A stretch of 64,000 nt of DNA from Antechinus flavipes. Its lineage: Eukaryota. Each line of letters opens with the position of its first letter. Within the stretch, counting starts at the first letter, position 1. The notes beneath the pieces were generated by a model, which saw nothing but the letters and a program-made list of their open reading frames with translations, ran no database searches and had not been told where the DNA came from. Where the stretch lies: contig NC_067403.1 in assembly GCF_016432865.1 (NCBI RefSeq), positions 200,074,001 to 200,138,000 of the forward strand. The letters are read 5' to 3'. The position numbers and the translations under genes are program-made. Below, one piece after another: positions 10,885 to 22,800 of the stretch.

Positions 10885-13800
10885 ATGTTTTCCCGGAATC
10901 ACCGGAGTCGGGTCACGGTAGCCAGGGGTTCTGCCCTGGAGATGGAGTTCAAACGCGGCCGCTTTCGCCTCAGCCTATTCTGCGACACCCCAGAGGTAGG
11001 AGACCCTCCTCACCCCTCCCAGCCTCTCTCGCCGCCTCCTACGGATCGCCCCCCCCTTCGCCTAGAAGGGGTGGGGCAAGGGGTGGACCTTGCAAGTGCC
11101 ACAAGCTGGGTACCAAGGGTGTTGGCTTAGAATAGCACCAACTCGGCTCCGGCCGACTTTTACCCAGCCTCTGTCGTGTCCGATTGGGCTGGCCCAGTCT
11201 GGGAAAATATCCAAGTTGAGCCCCACTTCAGTGACCTCAATTAAGACTTCAACATTTCCCCGAAGCTGGTCCCTCTTGGCCCACTCAATATCCACATGCA
11301 CCTGTAACCCTTCCGTCATGACCAGGACACCTGGGAACTTCCTCCACACACCAAAACCACCCTCTTAGACCCAGTTCGCAGAAATGTCTCGGACTCCAGA
11401 GAGCCCTCTCTACATCCAGACTTGGGTCAAATTGACAAATGGCAGATGCTTAAGATTGAGACGTAAATAGATCCTACCTCTGGGAGTTGGGATACCAATG
11501 TAAAAGAAAATAGGTGATACGACTTGCTTCCCCATCTTTCCCACTCCCCATCTTTCCGACATCTCTGAATTAGTAGGCACCCTCTCTGGATTCATTTCTA
11601 GGAATTAAGACCAGATTTTGATCGGGGCTGTCCCTAAATGTCCAAGCCGTGATCAGTGCCTTTCTCTCAGAGAGTTCTGTAGCGTGGTGAAATAGTACTC
11701 AGTTCAGTTTAGAGGAGCTGCGTTGACCCAGATTTGGCTGCGTGTATGATGTTGGTCAAGTGATTTCCTTTTGGGTCTTTGGGTTTTCCTAACCTATCAT
11801 CAGCATCGTCCTTATACTAAATCTGTGGTTCTTAAACTTTTTTGCGTGTGTTATGGATCCCTTTGGAATTTTGGCGAACTCTACAGATTATCTTTCTGGG
11901 AATGTTTTTAAATGCATAAAATAAAATGCGTAGGATTACAAAGGAAACCAGGAGTTAGTGATAATCAAAATGTAATATTTTTCTCATCAAATATCTAACT
12001 TCCTTTCCCCTCCAGAACTGAAAAGGGTTACATCTAATGGCTCCACCTGCCCACCCCCTCGTTCCTCCCCAGCAGAGATTCCGGTTGGAACTCTGCTCTT
12101 TCCCTCCCCCTGGGAACAAAGGCCCTATTCTTCTCTCTCTCCTCACCTACTCTTCTCCCTCCGCACAGCTGCCTCCGGGAAGGGAAGGGCTGGGAAGGTC
12201 TCGGCTGACTATTCTGAAATGCCACCCCCAGCTTCTGTACACAAAGGGTCACCACCGTTACGCAGGGGACCCTGGAGTCCGAATCCCGAGAACTAGGAAT
12301 TGCTGAGGTGTTTATTGGGGTGGAAGTTTTTAGCCGCGGAAGGAAAAGGCTGTCTGTCCCCTCCTACCAGTTGAGGCCACCCTAAACTTGGATCCAAGAG
12401 GTGGGGCGTGGATGTGAGGGCGGAGCTGAAAAGGCAGACATCTGCCAGGCTAGGCTGCGGAGTTTGGGAACACAGTCCTAGGCTAGAGGACACCGGACTG
12501 GGGGGGAGGGAGGGGCGGTTGGGCCTGGCCGGGGGATAAGAGGCGGGGCCTGGATTCTGTGACCTTGTGGGTCACTGTGTGTTCTGGTGAGAGGGGGGCA
12601 AAAGCTGCAGCTGGCGGGGGACTGGGGCTGGTTTCCTGTCTGGAAGGGAAGGGGCCCAGTGAAGGGAGTATGTGTGAGGGGGGAAAGAGCTGTACGCAGG
12701 CCCTGCCCCCCTAGCCCCCTCTCTTTGCTGGAAAAGAGTGAGGTAACTGGGGAGAGGCTGGGCTGGGTTGGACTGGGCTGGACCGAGGCGGGGCGCAGCA
12801 GAGCATGGGAGGGACATTTGGAGTGGATGAGGCATTCTCTAGGACTCACCCGTTTCCACTTCCCGGGCTCTGTAACTGCCTCACTTTCTCCGCACATCCA
12901 TCCTCCCCACTAAACAGCTGAACAAGAGCCAGGTTCCCAGTTGGAAACCTACAACCTCCCTCATCCGCTCCTTGGGACCCCTTAACAACCATGTGAAACT
13001 TGCCGCCAAATGCTGCTTGACTCCCCCCCTTGCAAAATATCCCCATTCTGCTTCCCCCCCCCATATCACCACATTCCCCTTCACCCCCATCCCTGTACAC
13101 ATTGGCCCTCTGTCCACTGGGCCAGTGATGTGGGCGGGGGCTCGGGAGGGAATGAAAGGCCCTTTCTCTTCCACAGCTGGGAGAACAGCTGCCATCAGAC
13201 CCAAACTGGATGCTGAACTCTGCCTAGGGGCCCCTCTGCCACCAGCCCCCCTCCCCTCTGTCAGTTCTCCAGAACCTCCCTTCTCCCCTCCCACCTTCCT
13301 TTCCCTTCCCCTCCCTCCATCCCTGGCTCCAGCCCGGGGCGGTGGCAGCGGCCGGGGAGAAAGTTTGTCGTGGCAGCCTTAGGGGCCTGACTCCGGGACT
13401 TGGGGGGTTGAAGGGAGGAACCAGCATTGCTTCAGGGCAGAACTGAGGGCCTCAGAGATGCAGGACAGATTGCACATCCTGGAAGACCTGAACATGCTGT
13501 ACATCCGGCAGATGGCGCTCAGCCTGGAGGTAATACCCCCGCCCCCACCCCGCAGGGGTGCGTGCTCACCCTGCATGGCCTGAGCCTCCTAGAACTGCAG
13601 TTTGCTGGGCCGAGGGATGGGAGTGGGCTGGGGAGGGGAAGGCTAGGGAACTCTCTGCAGCGTCGGCCACCTGCGGGTTGCGTGAGGGTGGGTTTCTACC
13701 CCAGCCCCAAACCCCCCTCTCTGGGCCGCTCTCTGCCCTTTCCCCACTCCCACCTCCACACACTCTGCAAACTGGTTGCTGGTATGTAATGTTTCTGGGG

Positions 13801-16800
13801 ACCAGGAGAGGGGCGAGGATAAGAGACGCACTGTGGGGTGGGAAATGGGAAAGTCGCTTCTCTGGGCCTCAGTTTCCTTGTCTGTGACATGAGGAAGGGA
13901 GGGTCTCCGAGGTTGGGGCCAGATGGCCTCTGAAATTGCCTCCAGAACGAGCAACTCTAACGCTGACAGCGAGGAAGCTAGCTGAGACAGGATAGAATAG
14001 AACGGGGTCTCAAGTGTGACCGCCAGCGTTTGTGTGGAGCTTGGGCACAAAGAGAAGCGAGGGAGGGAACAAGCCCGGGACAATCTAGCCTTGGAAGTGC
14101 CCGTTTCCCTTTCCGCAGCGCATATCCGAGCATTCTCACTGGCTGAAATCATATACGTTGTCTCTGCCCACCATCTCTCCCTGGTGGTCCAGCCCTATGG
14201 GACTTAGGGTGGCCTAAGAAACCGATTGTTAAATTACATGGAATAGCTAGCGTCGCCTTTTCCTTACCTTCCTCTCCACCAAGAGTGCGGAGATGGACTC
14301 CTGAAAGGTGCCCAATGTTTGGGCAAAGGGGTGAAATTAGGGGGAAATGACTCCGAAAGTGACTTTCATGCGAATGAGAAATAGGAATAATAGTTATCCA
14401 CAGGCCTGTCACCGAATCTGAGTGCGAACCTGAGTAAAATGAAGTCTTTGGAAAGCAAATTTCTCCTTTGGAAAATGGGGTTACAGTTACCTGTATTATT
14501 CTCCTCACTAGGTTGCTATTTGAAAAGTTTTACAATCTTTTATAATAATGACCTAGTAGTTGTATTATTGTGTATGGAGCATCCAGGGTAATAGATGGGA
14601 GAAGGGGGAGTTTGAGAAACAGAAGTAATAGTGCTAGACTCTGAAGGGGGTAATGAGGTCTGAAATTGCGGATGCCTTTGGGGGCTGCTGGAGACCGGGA
14701 GTCTGGGACACTGCGTTTGAGAACATGGCCTACAAGAGGTAGCCCATTGTCTAAAGGGAGAGCTAAGAGGAGGAGGGGAGCTAGAGATAGATTAAAAAAC
14801 AAGATTCCTGGCTTTTCCTGGATAGCCGGGGCAGGAAGTGAGGAGGGAGAGGATGTTGGCTTGAGACCGTAGTTTATAGACTTTTGAAAGTCCGACTTCA
14901 GAGTCCAAAGGTGGAAAGCAAAGTGTACAGGTTGTGAGATGTTTGTCCCTCTCGTTGCCCTGGGCATGTTCTCTCCGGGCTAACGAGGAGCTTCCAGGGT
15001 GGAAGGTCTCCCCAGCGGGCAGGACCTCGTTTACACCTTCCTCTGCGTCCTGCCTCTTCCACACCAGACCTTGCGTCCAACAGGTAGAACTTGGCCCCTC
15101 CATCCTTGACTCCCTTGGAGAGGAGAGGATGGTAGCGGATTGGCAGCCAGCCCTTGGCGAGGCGCTGTCTGTGGTGGCCGTCCCTCCCACCCCTCGCTTC
15201 TCCACGCGGGTCACGCCGCGGGTCTGCAGCTCCCCGAGCCCGGGTGGAGACGGCGGGTGGAGCTTCGGGGCGTGACCATCCTGGGGGCGGCGCTCGGACT
15301 GCCGGCGGAATGTTGTGGGAGGGGGCTGCCGCGTTTGAGGAGGGGATCCCCGAGACCCCGGGATGGTGGCCCTGCGGCCTGGGAGAGGTGAAAGGCTGGC
15401 CACATGGCCCCGCTACCCTGGTCTCCCCGCGCCTCGGCTGCTCTCGCGTCGATTTGGAGCTGATGTCACCGGAGCTCCGGAGCTCTGGAGGCGTGGGGAG
15501 GACGCGGGAGCGCTCCGGCCGAGCCTTGCTGAGCCGGCCCGGCGCTGGCCCTCTGGCCTGCGGCGCCACTTAGCTAGCTCCGCACTAGCCCTGGCCCGGC
15601 CGGTCCGAGCTCGGGGGCCGGAGCCGGCGGCGGCAGCATGGATGGAGCTGGGGAAGGACGAGTAAGTGATGCCCGAGGGAGAGCCTCGGGGGAGGGAGAG
15701 CCTGAGCCTGGCGGCCCGGTGCTGCTCTCCGGGGTCTTGTGGCTAAGCCAAGGGGCGGCGGAGAGAGGCTCTGGGGGTAGTCCGCGTCGTATGTACCTGT
15801 GCCCTTTGCGCACGCCCACCCATCCCTGCATAGCCAGCCACTGCAGAGCGCTCGGCATGGCCAGCCCAGGGCATGGGCGGGCAGCGAACAGTGACACATG
15901 GGTAAATCCCGGTGCTCTCGCAGGCGGCTGGCTCCCGAGAGCTTTCCTGCAGAAGGAAAACACGAAAGGGACTTTACTTGGAGAGGAAAGAAAAGGGAGA
16001 ACTCCAGCGGAGACAGTGTAGGTGAAGGGGGCTGTGGGGAGTCTCTAGGTAATGGACTCAAGGGAGGAAAAAAATTGGCTTGGCCCAAGTAAAAGAAGCT
16101 AAAGTTGGGAAGATAAGGGGAAGATAAACAGGAGCTTAGAGTATCTAGAAGAGGAGATTGGTTTGAGGGAGGGGTCAGGGACCTCCACCAGGGAAGAACC
16201 CTATTCTTCTAGTAGCTCTCCTCTCTAAGTTTTGGGTGTGGAGAGGAGCATGAAATGGAGCTGGATAATGAGAACAGCGTGAGAGGTGAGGGCTGGGGGA
16301 TGAGCATGTTTGGGAATGTTACTCGGAATTGCTCTGTGACTCAGACCTGAATCCAAGATCTTGGGGACGCTCACTCACGTCAGCTCAAAAAAAAAAAAAA
16401 AAAAAAGTTGATAGTTTTCCATTAGCTACGGCATAAAAGGCATTCAAGGTCCTCACATGCTGCATTTTGTCACTGCTGCCCTATAGAAAAGTCTTGCTTC
16501 AGGCAAACCGGTCTCCTTGCTAGCTCATTTTCATGACGTTCTTTCCTTGGGAAACTGGTCTGTCTACCCTCATGTCAAAATTCTAGTCATTTTTTAAGGC
16601 CCTGCTGAAATATTCGATCCTATATAAAAACTTCCCCAATTAACTCAATTGGTAATAGGCTTTTGATTAACCTCCAAATTCTTACATAAGTTTTGATATT
16701 TGTATAACAGCTCTAGGACATACTTCCTTCTGTGATAGTTGTATATGTGTGTGTGTCTGTGTGTGTGTGTGTGTGTCTCCCCAGTAAGTCTCAGGAGAAC

Positions 16801-19800
16801 AAAAAACCACCCTTTCCCATGTTTTGATAGCACCTATTGCATCTAAGTGCAGTAAGTTGTGCATGATATATGCTTTGCTGGATAGATGAATCATCCTGCT
16901 TATCATCTGGGCCTCAGTATCTATAAAGTAGGTAGATTATTCTCTAAGACCCTTTTCTATTCTAACCTTTTATTTTTCCTTGCTACTCTAACCAAACCTT
17001 TTGCCTTCTCTCTCCTGGACCCTCCTCAAACTTCTTTTACTCTTCCTTTCATCTGTATTACCCCACTTTCTAGCTTAATCAAAACATCTGTGATTTTCCC
17101 ACTTTCAGTTTCTGAATCGAACTTAACTAAGACTCTCCCCCATCTTCTTCTGGAGGGTCTTCTTGTCCTAAAGTTTCTAAATTCAGACTAATCTTTAGGT
17201 CAAAGGGACCAGAGAATCTGTAGTTTCCTCCCACATCCTACAAAAATATGTCAACATTTCACACATCTCCCCTTGTCAGATTTTTAAAGTAGGAGATTAT
17301 TCCCTTCTTCCATATAGTTCCCCTTTGGATCCAATATTACACAACTCTTAAATTTTTATTTTGTGATATAGGATAGTATGTGTTGTTTTGTGGCAATACT
17401 CATGATCTTTTCAGTAGGTTCAGCCCCCCAGCTAGAGTATAAGCAGATGGAACTTGTCACTTCAGTTGTGTCTGAATCTTCATGACCCTATTGGGTTTTG
17501 CTACTTCCTTCTTCAGCTCATTTTACAAATGAGGAAACTGAGGCATGCAGGGTTAAGTGACTTGTTCTGTGGGTCACACTGCTATAGTAAGTATTTGAGG
17601 TCAGGTCTTTCTGACTCAAGACCCAGTTTTCTATCCACTCCACCACTTGACTGTCTGAAGCAAATGAAAGGGGTGAAAGGGACATGTCATTTCTTTGGTG
17701 ACTTCCCTAGTACCTGATTAATTCCGAATCAATGTTTCATTCATTCAACACCATTTGGTTGTGATCAGGTACCTAGTCTATACAATATAATATTAAGACC
17801 TAAAGATTCAAAAATAACTTAAGACACAATATTCTCTTCTCTCCAAAGGGGAAGATAAGGTACAAACCTTACATGTGTACATGCTTAGAATAAAAGGCAG
17901 TATATGATATGTGCAATATATGATATGTGCAGAAAAGGAGTACCCAAAGATCACTTCTGTCTCAAGAATGAGTCAGCAGAGCATGTGGCTTTGGAGTCAG
18001 GCTGTATCATAAAGGTTTAATAGTTCAATAAGCAGAATTGGGAAGGTAGGCTGGAATATGTTGTTAACAGATTGGAGAAGGCTGTGTATGCTATAAGCAA
18101 AGGGGAACTACTGGAGTTTTTTTTGTATTAAAGCTTTTTATTTTCAAAACATATGCACAGATAATTTTCAACAGTCACCCTTGCAAAACCTTGTGTTCTA
18201 AATTTTTTTCCCTTCTTTCCTCTGATCCCCTCCCCTAGACATCAAATAATCCAATATAAGTTAAACATATGCAATTCTTCTAAACATATTATCATAATTA
18301 TGCTGCACAAGAAAAATCTGATAAAAAAAAAAGAAAATCAATGAGAAAGTAAACAAAATGCAAATAAACAACAAAAAAGAGTGAAAATACTATGTTGTGA
18401 TCCACATTCAGTCCCCACAGTCCTCTTTCTGGGTGCAGATGGCTCTCTCTATCACAAGTCCATTGGAACTGACCTGAATCATCTCATTGTTGAAAAGAGC
18501 CATGTCCATCAGAATTGAGCTTTGTATAATCTTGCTGTTGCCTATTCAATGATTGGAGATTTTTATAAAGCAGGGAGAAGCCACTGCTTTAGGGAAGATC
18601 AGAGCAATGGTTTAAGATACTAACTTTGGTTGTGTGTTTAGAATAGGGGGGAGTAGGAAGAAAGAGGAAGAAGGCAGACTAATTTAGAAAGTCGTAATGA
18701 TAGGTCATTATTTATTTAACTCAATTTCTCCCAGGGCCTTCCTTAACTCTAACATTAGGGAGAGGGTTGGGAATCCTGTTTCTCTAGTCTTACTAGTTGT
18801 TCCTCTCCCCTCAGGATACAGAGCTGCAGCGAAAGCTGGATCATGAGATCCGAATGCGAGAAGGAGCCTGTAAGCTGCTGGCTGCCTGCTCCCAAAGGGA
18901 ACAAGCCCTAGAGGCCACCAAGAGCTTGCTGGTTTGCAGCAGCCGCATCCTCAGTTACATGGGGGAACTGCAACGTCGAAAGGAAGCACAGGTGCTGGGG
19001 AGAACAGCAAGGCGGTGAGCAGGGGGAGGAAGAGGAGCAGACAAATTTTTGGAAGGGGGCCCTCCTGTACTAACCAAATACCATCTGGAGTCAGATTTGC
19101 TCACCGGGGAGCCAGAATTCATTTAGTCAATACATATTGTCAGCTGGGTGTCCAGTGATGTTCAGTTGAGAGGATGGAATGGGATAGGCTAGCGTGGGAG
19201 TATTGGGCAGTAAAGTGAATTTGGTGCATGTGGTGACTAGGACCTCTAGAAAAGCTTTGGAGTTTTGTTCTCCAATGCCTGAGCCCCCAGTGTCCAGAAG
19301 CACATCAGGCTCCTGGAACCTGTTCACTCATTGACTGGAACCTTATAAGACAGCATTCTCCCACAAGCTCTTCCAGAGCAGCCCTGAACATAGAACACAG
19401 TTCCATAGCATTAGATGTGTGCTAACCAAGGAGGCTGGTACTATCCCCACCAACATCCCCCCTTTCCCCCTTCCCCCAGACAATTGGGATTAAGTGACTT
19501 GCCCAGGGTCACACAGCTAGGAAGTGTTAAGTGTTGTAGGCCAGATTTGAACTTCAGGGCTGGTGCTCTATCCACTGCACCACCTAGCTGCTCTCTCCAC
19601 CAACTCTTGATGAGAATGTTAAAGACTTCAAGAAGAGAAGTACTTTGAAGCATTTCAAGCAGTGGGAGCTATTGAGAAAACAAAGTCATAGGGGATTTAG
19701 AGGGGAGGGTATCTGTGCTGTCAAAGACGTGAGATCTAGTGTTAGAGAGACATAAAGCTGCTCCAAATTGAAGACTACAGACACGGGACTTGAAAGAGAT

Positions 19801-22800
19801 GGGTTTATGCAATGTACTCTCTATGTGAGAGGTATCATGGCATTGTGGATAAAGGTAAGAGACTTGGAGAGAGACTAGATTCAAATCTTATTTGAAATTC
19901 CTACTAAAATCCCATTTGAGAGTCCAACTAGCCGTAATGACTAGCTCAGTTTCCCTATCCGTAAAATGAAAAGGGAATAGACTATTGCAAATGGCCTCAA
20001 AAGTCCTTGCCAATTTTAAATCTATAATCTTACTTGATAAAGTTTGATGAGCATTGTAGGACTCCAAAGTATTAGAGATAAGTGTTGATGGGGTAAGGGT
20101 GGGAAAAAAGCTTGAGAGTTTAATTCACGCTAGTGGAAAACTGATTAGCCAAAACACATTGAGAAGTTACTGGATATGGAGGATCAAGGAGAAGTTGGCA
20201 TGAGGATCAATGTGGAATTTACTCCTTAAAAGAATCTAGTTCAACTCTCCAATTTAAAAAATGAAGAAACTGAGACAGACTTAGTAAATTTTAGGGCCAG
20301 GATTCCAACTCAAATCCATTGGAAGGTCTCACCACTTTGGACTACATTGGCAGGTCAGCCAAAAGTTTTAGTACTCTTCCCATCAGTCAGCCTACCAGGA
20401 ATTCCTTATCTTCTGAGTTTCTTTTATGTTCTTCTCTCCCAAACCTTCGCCCCTCCCCTGTACATATAAGCTACATATACAAGAAAGTATAAAAGGGTTA
20501 ATGGGATGTAGGTCAGGGAGGGAGAAGATGGGCAATGTTAGTTGATTAATAAGAAAAATAACATTGATTTTGAATTTGAAAACTTCCCACTTGAGACTCA
20601 TGATAATCCTGATGTTATGTAGATATGATGCTTATTATTATCCCCATTGTATAGATGGGGAAACTGAGTCTCAGAGAAGCTGGGTGACTTGCCTCTGGTT
20701 ATGTAGTCAGACAGCAGGATTCAAACTAAGGTTTCTCTTAGTCCTAAATTTAGCACTTTTTTCCTACCATAGAGGAAGGGACTCAATAAAGATTATTATT
20801 CTTACAAGGCATCTCCAGGGAATGTGTATGAGTTTATATGTGAATCTATAACCCAGTGCATCTACGTGGGCAGAATCATATCAAGTGATCACTGGCACGA
20901 ATAATGAAGTTAATGAGATATATTGACCACTGAAATTAAATTCCCAGGGTCATCCAGTCCCGTATGCATTATCCTTTTATTTCCCCTAGTGTCTGTCACA
21001 TCAATCAGGATGGTCCATAATCCCTGTTTTTCTGGCTAGGATTTGGAAGGGGGAAAGCAGGTTCACTACAATAATTTGCTTATTTCTTCCCCTGCACCCA
21101 AGGCCTTCAGACACTGGGCCCCCTGATGAGCGCTCCCCATGTCGAGGCACAATTTGTATCTCTGGTAAGGAATCCCTCGTTCACCTTCACCGACCCTTTA
21201 CCTCAGCCCATTCTGGCATCCCCTTCTATGCCTGCCCCTTCCCACAGGTTCTGTCCCTGGGGCTAAGGAACGCTGTCCAAGGTGAAAGTTTTCTTGGGGC
21301 ACTTCCTAATCCCCCTGCTATCTCACATCCTGCGTCCCTTCTCCTCTAGATATCCGGATCCCCCTCATGTGGAAGGACACAGAGTATTTCAAGAACAAGG
21401 GAGGTGAGTCTTACAGACAACTATCTTTTCCCCGGGGAGTGGGCTGGGTAATGTCCCTAAGGGCCCATCTGCTCTGTTGATGGAGGTGTCTAGCAAGGTC
21501 TGTCAGCCCACCTACCCTTTCTCCCTAACTGATTGCTGGCTTCTCCCTTCAGACTTACATCGATGGGCTGTATTCCTGTTGCTGCAGCTGGGGGGGAACA
21601 TCCAGGACACAGAGATGGTCCTGGTCGACAGGACGCTAACAGACATCTCCTTTCAAAGCAGCGTTCTTTTGTGAGTCCTTAAACTGGTCATCCTTCTCCC
21701 CCCTCCAACCCAGACCTGCTCCTTGGGAGGGGTAGCCAGAGTATACCTCTGAGGGGAGGTAAGCTCCTGACCCTGCAGCGCTTCCCCCTTTCCCCCACAA
21801 GTCTCCCAGGGAATCCCTCCGCTTCCTCCAGAGCCCTTTCCCATATTTTGCAGTAGTGAGGCAGGACCAGATTTTGAGCTGCGCTTGGAGCTGTATGGGG
21901 CCTGTGTAGAAGAGGAGGGGGTCCTGGCGGGGGCTCCCCGGAGACTGGCCACCAAGCTCAGTAATTCTCTGGGCCGATCCTCGGGAAGGCGTGTTCGGGC
22001 TTCACTGGAGAGCGCTGGGGGTTCTGGGAGTAGCGGTGCCGCCAGTCCCATCCTACTCCCCACTCCTGCTGTGGGGTAAGCATAATCTCTGGGCCCTGCG
22101 GGGCTACCCAGTGTCCCTGAGCTATCAGAGAGCTATCAGGGGAGGGACAAAGAGTACTGGCCCGGATGCAGTATGTGGATCGCCTGAGTGATTCACAGCA
22201 AGATCAAAGCAGAGCAAGACTGCAGAAAAGGGGTTCTGGAGTGAGATTTCTAGTGAAAGAAGAGATGGCTCGGTGGTGAGAGCTGTTTCACCACGGGTCA
22301 GTGACCCACCTCCCTTCTGACACTTTGTCCCTCCCACAGGGGTCCCCGGTATCACCTCCTGGCCCAGACCACCCTTACTCTGGCTGCGGTACAAGATGGC
22401 TTCCGAACCCACGACCTCACCCTCACTAGTAATGGTGAGTGAGGGTGGGTAGGGGCAGGGGGAATGGGGAGGAATGCCTCAATCAGGATGGAGAAGAAAG
22501 GGGCCCAGTTAAAATCCCCCCCTCCCCTTCCCCACCATCACTCTGTTCTCTCTAGAGGAGAACCCAGCCTGGTTGCCCCTCTATGGAAGCGTGTGTTGTC
22601 GCTTGGCGGCTCAGCCCTTGTGCATGACTCAGCCTGTCATGAGCGGCCCCTTCAGAGTGCAGGTGAGGGGGGAGAGGGGAAAGAGAAAGGTTTGGGGGGC
22701 AACAGAGAGAGCAGCAGCAGGAAATGTACGGAGGAGACGCATCGTGAGGAATAAACGCTGGAAACAAGATGAAGGCGACAACAGGATTTGTGGGATCAGA

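Noticed and set aside
14792-16092. Cluster of 100-220 aa ORFs in the RTKN intronic CpG island
   Set aside because: Stop-poor GC-rich DNA; only the 24-nt exon has splice support.
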